Source: Escherichia coli
GTDB lineage: Bacteria; Pseudomonadota; Gammaproteobacteria; Enterobacterales; Enterobacteriaceae
Length of the DNA stretch: 64,000 nt
Direction: 5' to 3' (one strand)
Assembly (NCBI RefSeq): GCF_048403405.1
Contig: NZ_CP183129.1
In this document: in pieces, positions 58,012 to 64,000 of the stretch
Position numbering within the stretch: position 1 is the stretch's first letter
Layout of the letters: every line of letters begins with the position of its first letter
Notes under the pieces: model-generated
Databases searched by the model: none
What the model saw: only the letters and a program-made list of their open reading frames with translations
What the model was told of the DNA's origin: nothing
Made by a program: the position numbers and the translations under genes

Positions 58012-58271
58012 GTGAAGTGTCCCAGCCTGTTTATCTACGGCTTAAAAAGTGTTCGAGGGGAAAATAGGTTGCGCGAGATTATAGAGATCTGGCGCACTAA
58101 AAACCAGTATTTCACATGAGTCCGCGTCTTTTTACGCACTGCCTCTCCCTGACGCGGGATAAAGTGGTATTCTCAAACATATCTCGCAAGCCTGTCTTGT
58201 GTTGACAACATTTTCTGCTAACCCTGTGACCTGCAATACTGTTTTGCGGGTGATCGACAAGGAGACTTAAC

Positions 58272-59729
58272 GTGTCTGAACTGTCTCAATTATCTCCACA
58301 GCCGCTGTGGGATATTTTTGCCAAAATCTGTTCTATTCCTCACCCGTCCTATCATGAAGAGCAACTCGCTGAATACATTGTTGGTTGGGCAAAAGAGAAA
58401 GGTTTCCATGTCGAACGCGATCAGGTAGGTAATATCCTGATTCGTAAACCTGCTACCGCAGGTATGGAAAATCGTAAACCGGTCGTCTTGCAGGCCCACC
58501 TCGATATGGTGCCGCAGAAAAATAACGACACCGTGCATGACTTCACGAAAGATCCTATCCAGCCTTATATTGATGGCGAATGGGTTAAAGCGCGCGGCAC
58601 CACGCTGGGTGCGGATAACGGTATTGGTATGGCCTCTGCACTGGCGGTTCTGGCTGACGAAAACGTGGTTCACGGCCCGCTGGAAGTGCTGCTGACCATG
58701 ACCGAAGAAGCCGGTATGGATGGTGCTTTTGGCTTACAGAGCAACTGGTTGCAGGCTGATATTCTGATTAACACCGACTCCGAAGAAGAAGGTGAAATCT
58801 ACATGGGTTGCGCGGGGGGTATCGACTTTACCTCCAACCTGCATTTAGATCGTGAAGCGGTTCCAGCTGGCTTTGAAACCTTCAAGTTAACCTTAAAAGG
58901 CCTGAAAGGCGGTCACTCCGGCGGTGAAATCCACGTTGGCCTGGGTAATGCCAACAAACTGCTGGTGCGCTTCCTGGCGGGTCATGCAGAAGAACTGGAC
59001 CTGCGCCTTATCGATTTCAACGGCGGCACACTGCGTAACGCCATCCCGCGTGAAGCCTTTGCGACCATTGCTGTCGCAGCTGATAAAGTCGACGCACTGA
59101 AATCTCTGGTGAATACCTATCAGGAGATCCTGAAAAACGAGCTGGCAGAGAAAGAGAAAAATCTGGCATTGCTGCTGGACTCTGTTGCGAACGATAAAGC
59201 TGCCCTGATTGCGAATTCTCGCGATACCTTTATTCGTCTGCTGAACGCCACCCCGAACGGTGTGATCCGCAACTCCGACGTGGCAAAAGGTGTGGTCGAA
59301 ACCTCCCTGAACGTCGGTGTGGTGACCATGACTGACAATAACGTAGAAATTCACTGCCTGATCCGTTCTCTGATCGACAGCGGTAAAGACTACGTGGTAA
59401 GCATGCTGGATTCGCTGGGTAAACTGGCTGGCGCGAAAACCGAAGCGAAAGGCGCATATCCTGGCTGGCAGCCGGACGCTAATTCTCCGGTGATGCATCT
59501 GGTACGTGAAACTTATCAGCGTCTGTTCAACAAGACGCCGAACATCCAGATTATCCACGCGGGCCTGGAATGTGGTCTGTTCAAAAAACCGTATCCGGAA
59601 ATGGACATGGTTTCTATCGGGCCAACAATCACCGGTCCACACTCTCCGGATGAGCAAGTTCACATCGAAAGCGTAGGTCATTACTGGACACTGCTGACTG
59701 AACTGCTGAAAGAAATTCCGGCGAAGTAA
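58272..59729 (+). CDS. pepD: cytosol nonspecific dipeptidase PepD
   Basis: 485-aa ORF with GTG start; M20-family metallopeptidase. Confidence 0.95.
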   Translation: MSELSQLSPQPLWDIFAKICSIPHPSYHEEQLAEYIVGWAKEKGFHVERDQVGNILIRKPATAGMENRKPVVLQAHLDMVPQKNNDTVHDFTKDPIQPYIDGEWVKARGTTLGADNGIGMASALAVLADENVVHGPLEVLLTMTEEAGMDGAFGLQSNWLQADILINTDSEEEGEIYMGCAGGIDFTSNLHLDREAVPAGFETFKLTLKGLKGGHSGGEIHVGLGNANKLLVRFLAGHAEELDLRLIDFNGGTLRNAIPREAFATIAVAADKVDALKSLVNTYQEILKNELAEKEKNLALLLDSVANDKAALIANSRDTFIRLLNATPNGVIRNSDVAKGVVETSLNVGVVTMTDNNVEIHCLIRSLIDSGKDYVVSMLDSLGKLAGAKTEAKGAYPGWQPDANSPVMHLVRETYQRLFNKTPNIQIIHAGLECGLFKKPYPEMDMVSIGPTITGPHSPDEQVHIESVGHYWTLLTELLKEIPAK

Positions 59730-59739
59730 TTACAATAAT

Positions 59740-59761
59740 GTCCACGCCTGCGGGCGTGGAC
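59740..59761 (+). terminator. hairpin immediately after pepD stop
   Basis: GTCCACGCC-tgcg-GGCGTGGAC perfect 9-bp stem; weak downstream T-tract (TACTGTTTG). Confidence 0.35.
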
Positions 59762-59776
59762 TACTGTTTGAAGCCA

Positions 59777-60019
59777 ATGGCTATCTATATCGAAATAACA
59801 AAACATTATGAAACTCATGAAAAGGTCGCATATTTATATAGCTGCGACCATATTTCATGGGGAGAATTTCTGATCACCAAAGAAGGTTTTGCGCTGGAAT
59901 CCGTGAAAGAACTTAAGGGTGAAAAGCAGAAATTTTATATGTTCAGAGCCTGGGGCAAAGTCAGGAGAGCATACTTAACCACGGGAGAATTCCCCCAGGA
60001 AACATGTTACGCCGCTTAA
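59777..60019 (+). CDS. hypothetical 80-aa protein
   Basis: ORF 59738..60019; first ATG lies inside the pepD terminator hairpin, so ATG 59777 (MAIYIEITKHYE...) is used; no clear RBS. Confidence 0.25.
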   Translation: MAIYIEITKHYETHEKVAYLYSCDHISWGEFLITKEGFALESVKELKGEKQKFYMFRAWGKVRRAYLTTGEFPQETCYAA

Positions 60020-60035
60020 AGTCAGAGTTATTTTT

Positions 60036-60545
60036 TCATGCATTTACCATTTTGGCATTACGCCTGCGCCACATGGCAATGGCGGCAGCCACTAATGCCA
60101 GTTCCAGTAAAAACGACCAGTGTAATAAAAAATTGAGCCACCACGGATGATGTACCGCCGTAATATGAAAGAGTGCAAAGGGTTGGTTAACGAAAGGCAT
60201 CAACCACCAGATATCACCGACCAGCGTATCGAGTAATAAATGCACGATACCATTCAGGCAAAACACCACGCCCAACCACGCCGGAAGTTTATTCTTCGCA
60301 ATTGCGGCCCAGACTAATGTCGCCGCCAGCAGAGCAAACCATAATAATGGCCAATGAGACGGGTAAAGATGATGATGTCGTTGCCCGTTATCAACCAGAT
60401 AGCACCAAAAAAGATCAAAATCGGGCGCAACGGACCCAACTAAGCCAATAACCATCGCCCAGCGCGCATGACGAGCAATCAGTGGCAAGCGTTTCATTAA
60501 AGTACAAGTTATTAAATAACCAGCCGGAAGATGACCGATAAACAT
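60036..60545 (-). CDS. polytopic membrane protein, possibly DUF457/YdjM-like metal-dependent hydrolase
   Basis: ORF 60036..60599; ATG 60545 (MFIGHLPAGYL...) with AAGGA RBS; His-rich hydrophobic sequence; 7 bp downstream of prfH. Confidence 0.5.
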   Translation of the reverse strand: MFIGHLPAGYLITCTLMKRLPLIARHARWAMVIGLVGSVAPDFDLFWCYLVDNGQRHHHLYPSHWPLLWFALLAATLVWAAIAKNKLPAWLGVVFCLNGIVHLLLDTLVGDIWWLMPFVNQPFALFHITAVHHPWWLNFLLHWSFLLELALVAAAIAMWRRRNAKMVNA

Positions 60546-60606
60546 GACTATTCCTTTCGTTTTTCCCGCCGCTTTCACATAGAAAACGGCGGGAGACATT
60601 CCTCAA

Positions 60607-61221
60607 TTACACAGCGACAAAAGCCATCCCTGTAAACGTTCGTCGCGGGTTGCCACGTTCAATCTGGTGATGGAACATTCGCCGCTGCGATTTCAGCGCC
60701 GCGCTATTTTTCTGTTGCTGCTGCTCCAGCTTCCAGGCAATCAGCAATCGCGCCAGCCGTTTGTTAGCATGCTGGCTGCGCTCTGACTGAACCTTCACGC
60801 TAATCCCGGATGCCAAATGCGTGGCGCGTACCGCCGAGTCGGTTTTATTGACATGTTGACCGCCCGGCCCCGACGAACGCAGCGTCTCATACCGGATCGC
60901 ATCGGATTGCTCCTGCTCATCAGCGGTAAAACGCCCAATGCCCAGAAACCAGTTTTTGCGCCCATGATGAGGCCGATACGGACTCGGACAAATCCACTGA
61001 ATAGTGCCGCACCAACTTTCGCTTAATGCCCATGCATTATCGCCATCCAGAGAAACCAGCGCTGAACGCAGCGTGTCAGAGTAGCGGCCCGTTTCTGTTT
61101 CCAGCACCGTTACCGCGACGTCTTGTCGGGTAGCTTCTTTAATCAGCCTGTCCAGTGCCTTTTTCACTGCGAGACAACATTCTTCCGGCCCCTGCGCTGA
61201 GGAGAGTTGTAGCAAGATCAT
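60607..61221 (-). CDS. prfH: peptide chain release factor homolog PrfH (GGQ motif)
   Basis: ORF 60607..61305; start at ATG 61221 ([14 protein letters not shown]...) in ATGA overlap with rtcB stop; [16 protein letters not shown] motif. Confidence 0.8.
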   Translation of the reverse strand: MILLQLSSAQGPEECCLAVKKALDRLIKEATRQDVAVTVLETETGRYSDTLRSALVSLDGDNAWALSESWCGTIQWICPSPYRPHHGRKNWFLGIGRFTADEQEQSDAIRYETLRSSGPGGQHVNKTDSAVRATHLASGISVKVQSERSQHANKRLARLLIAWKLEQQQQKNSAALKSQRRMFHHQIERGNPRRTFTGMAFVAV

Positions 61222-62369
61222 CCTTTTTTCCCTCCACTGTTTTTGAGCGTTAGCACCGGACGCAGTCGCGCGACAGGAATAATTAAACCGGCTTGCACCA
61301 GACATTGCACCACACTTTCAGCCGATTTATAGGCTTGTGGCGCTTCTTCGAAGATGAGTTGTTTATCGCGACAAATCACCCGGCTGCCAAGTTCAGTACG
61401 CGAGAGTTGCGTCGCCGTGTAATTCGCTGCCAGACGCCCTTTACACTCGGTGCGCCCCCATTTACGCCCTGCCCCATGCGCCAGCGAGTGGAGCGTTTTT
61501 TCGTTCGCAACAGGTTTAACCAGCCAGGAGTAATCACCGCGTGAACCGGGAATAATCACCAGACCGTTGTCATCCGGCGTGGCACCTTTACGATGCAACC
61601 AGCCCTGTTGATCGCCGATTTGGCACGCGCTAACAAAGTTATGCGCCACATCCAGAACCGGACTTCCGGTGGCCTTAACTTGTTGCATTATGCGCAAAGC
61701 GATCATCTGGCGATTAATACGCGCAAACGCCAGCGCATCGTCATGTTCCGCAATATACCGTAGCGCGTCGTCACTGCCTTCAGGCAAACCATGATGCGAA
61801 AACGAGGCAATATGCCGCTGTAAAATAGACTGCCCCAACCCCCTCGAGCCGCTATGAACCAGCAGTTGCAGATGCTGCGCATCCAGACCTGCCAGTGCAA
61901 ACAGTTCAGCGTCGATGATTTCATCAACTTGTTGCAGTTCTGCAAAGTGGTTTCCGCCACCGATAGAGCCAAGCGAGCTGCGCCACGAATGCTGTGCAAA
62001 TGCTGACGGCAGGTTTTCCTCCAGCCAGCTTTCTTCAGCAACGTCATCCAAAGCTGATAATCGCTTTTCAAACTTATCGGCGTTGTATTTACGAGCGAGA
62101 ATATCTGTTTGCCATAGCGCCATGCCGCAGCCGATATCATTGCCGACCAGTGCCGGGTAAAAACGGCCTGCGGAGAAGAACGCTGCGCCAATCGGGTAGC
62201 CGCGTCCGGGATGTAAATCTGGCATCCCTACTACGCGCTGCATGTTGGGTAAATTTGCCGTGGTGTGTAATTGTTGGATCGCTAAACTCTCGATCCACAG
62301 GTCATCAGATGCGATGGTAAATACCGCATCGGATAAGGGACGAATATATTTGCCCATGTACCATTCCAT
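61218..62369 (-). CDS. rtcB: RtcB-family RNA ligase paired with prfH (RtcB2-type)
   Basis: 383-aa ORF with RtcB motifs ([27 protein letters not shown]); start may be ATG 62369 or 62357. Confidence 0.8.
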   Translation of the reverse strand: MEWYMGKYIRPLSDAVFTIASDDLWIESLAIQQLHTTANLPNMQRVVGMPDLHPGRGYPIGAAFFSAGRFYPALVGNDIGCGMALWQTDILARKYNADKFEKRLSALDDVAEESWLEENLPSAFAQHSWRSSLGSIGGGNHFAELQQVDEIIDAELFALAGLDAQHLQLLVHSGSRGLGQSILQRHIASFSHHGLPEGSDDALRYIAEHDDALAFARINRQMIALRIMQQVKATGSPVLDVAHNFVSACQIGDQQGWLHRKGATPDDNGLVIIPGSRGDYSWLVKPVANEKTLHSLAHGAGRKWGRTECKGRLAANYTATQLSRTELGSRVICRDKQLIFEEAPQAYKSAESVVQCLVQAGLIIPVARLRPVLTLKNSGGKKG

Positions 62370-62675
62370 TTATACTCGTCATACTTCAAGTTGCATGTAC
62401 TGCGGCTGCGTTCGTTCACCCCAGTCACTTACTTATGTAAGCTCCTGGGGATTCACTCGCTTGTCGCCTTCCTGCAACTCGAATTATTTAGAGTATATAA
62501 ATATTAAAAATCAGGAAATGGCAGACGAATCCAGGGCAAGAAAAAAAGAATTAATCCTGGAAAGGTCTGCAAAGAGTCATTGATAAAGGATTTGTCATGA
62601 TTTACCTCCTTGCAGTTTGTGGAATAAGAAAACGCGCACATACTAGGCGGGTGTTATTTTCATTGCAAGCTGGAT

Positions 62676-63128
62676 TTAATGTTGCGGTTTATATCGCATA
62701 GAAAAATTAGTAAACCACGCTCCCCTGCATTCAACGCGCTGCTGCTTAACTGTCTGAAAACCATAACGTTCAAAAAAGGGTTTTGCGGTTATGCTGGCAT
62801 CTACCGTTAGTTCGGATTCAGACTTAATCAATGGTTTTAACAAAGCGCTGGCAACCCCACAGCGGGTGTATTCAGGGTCAACAAATAACATATCGATATA
62901 GTGTTCAACGCGGGAAATAAAACCAACCGGTTGTGCATTAATGATCGCAACCCACACTTGTGATTTCGCGAGTTTCTCCTTCCAGCGAGATTCGTCAATC
63001 TGCGCCCAGGCGGCAATTTGTTGTGGTGAATAATGCTGACTGGCGGTCATCGTAACCGCTCTAAGGAAAATAGCGCATAGTTGCTGAAAATCGCCAGGCT
63101 GATAGTTTCTTATTTGTATGTTATTCAT
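62676..63128 (-). CDS. yafP: GNAT-family acetyltransferase YafP
   Basis: 150-aa ORF, last gene of the dinB-yafNOP operon. Confidence 0.85.
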   Translation of the reverse strand: MNNIQIRNYQPGDFQQLCAIFLRAVTMTASQHYSPQQIAAWAQIDESRWKEKLAKSQVWVAIINAQPVGFISRVEHYIDMLFVDPEYTRCGVASALLKPLIKSESELTVDASITAKPFFERYGFQTVKQQRVECRGAWFTNFSMRYKPQH

Positions 63129-63137
63129 AATATAAAT

Positions 63138-63536
63138 TCAAAAACGCATGCGAAACGCTTCTGCCATTTTTCCAATTTTATGCATTTGGTTGTTATCTCG
63201 AGCCAGTTTATGAGGTTCAGGCTTCAGAATGGCAATGAGCAACCATGCTTGCTCATCAAACGCACCCTGACAATATACCAAATGCGCTTCGTCATTCGTT
63301 CTGCTGAATTGGCACAACTGTGGCGGAAATGGATTATTCACATTTGCCAGATGAATATGAGCAACTCGCTCAAATTTGATTAATGGCCAGGTAAACGAGT
63401 CGTCGTAGAGTGCATCGCGACCAAATATATCTGGCAAAATACCGTCACGCTTATAGGAAATAAAATCCGCCGTTAACGCATCAAGTTCCTCTGCTGTAAG
63501 TTGCAGGCGAATAAGTTTTGTTTTGAATACCCGCAT
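63138..63536 (-). CDS. yafO: ribosome-dependent mRNA interferase toxin YafO
   Basis: 132-aa ORF MRVFKTKLIRLQLTAEELDALTADF...; 3 bp after yafN stop. Confidence 0.85.
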   Translation of the reverse strand: MRVFKTKLIRLQLTAEELDALTADFISYKRDGILPDIFGRDALYDDSFTWPLIKFERVAHIHLANVNNPFPPQLCQFSRTNDEAHLVYCQGAFDEQAWLLIAILKPEPHKLARDNNQMHKIGKMAEAFRMRF

Positions 63537-63538
63537 CC

Positions 63539-63832
63539 TTATTCCTTAAAGTCATTGAAATCATCATCCGTCATATCATTAAGATATTGTTCAGCGCGGC
63601 GTGTAATTTCCTCTAATCTTGCAGCACTCGGACGGAAGCGCGCCTTTATGGGCTTTTTCTCCTCTTGTTCAGCAAGCATGTCCATTAACGCTTCGAATGC
63701 GCTGGCACTTAAGAGATATCCTGCGGGGCGATTATTAGAAAGAACCGCAACCGGTTGATCAATAAAGTATTTAGCTGGGTTTTTACGTAACTCAGTGATA
63801 TTGACCGATTTTTCAGCGAGAATTCGATGCAT
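63539..63832 (-). CDS. yafN: antitoxin YafN
   Basis: 97-aa ORF MHRILAEKSVNITELRKNPAKYF... Confidence 0.85.
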   Translation of the reverse strand: MHRILAEKSVNITELRKNPAKYFIDQPVAVLSNNRPAGYLLSASAFEALMDMLAEQEEKKPIKARFRPSAARLEEITRRAEQYLNDMTDDDFNDFKE

Positions 63833-63883
63833 ACAGTGATCCCCTCATAATAATGCACACCAGAATAGACATAATAGTATACA

Positions 63884-64000
63884 TCATAATCCCAGCACCA
63901 GTTGTCTTTCCATTTGCGGGTCAAGCAACGTCACATGCAGCCCCACCAGTCGCACACCGCGCCCGCCGCGGCGTTCATCCCAGGTTTTACGCGCGGTGGC
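63884..64000 (-). CDS. dinB: DNA polymerase IV DinB, 3' end only (gene continues beyond the window)
   Basis: Minus-strand reading ends ...LLDPQMERQLVLGL then stop at 63884-63886. Confidence 0.7.
   Translation of the reverse strand, partial: ATARKTWDERRGGRGVRLVGLHVTLLDPQMERQLVLGL

Noticed and set aside
58893-59681. 262-aa ORF antisense to pepD
   Set aside because: Contained within pepD on the opposite strand.
62370-62675. Sigma-54 or LexA-type promoter upstream of rtcB
   Set aside because: No convincing TGGCAC-N5-TTGC or CTGT-N8-ACAG match could be found by eye; the 113-aa track ORF here (62242..62583) overlaps the rtcB start and has no support.

Overview
This window reads as an Escherichia coli-type chromosomal segment, largely syntenic with the K-12 dinB to pdeL region but in reverse orientation (pdeL/bet at the left, yafNOP/dinB at the right). 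All gene names come from recognising the translated ORFs; no database search was run. Left to right: pdeL, betT-betIBA, ykgH, ykgEFG (LutABC-like), rclR-rclABC, an aldo-keto reductase, ykgA, a full-length fdeC/eaeH adhesin, a six-gene oxidoreductase/hydrolase island, ykgM-ykgO, ecpRABCDE, ykgJ, yagU, paoABCD, an MFS/hydrolase/LysR module, a decayed IS region beside tRNA-Thr, then proAB, phoE, crl, frsA, gpt, pepD, rtcB-prfH and yafNOP-dinB. No CRISPR array, rRNA or obvious new defence system was found. The best candidates for uncharacterised biology are two paralogous LysR-linked Cys-type alpha/beta-hydrolase modules (about 24.7-29.1 kb and 45.2-48.7 kb). The clearest structural event is an IS26 inverted pair with inverted 8-bp target duplications that splits an IS150-like element next to a truncated integrase at tRNA-Thr. 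Start codons were chosen by eye from RBS context and expected protein lengths and may be off by a few codons.
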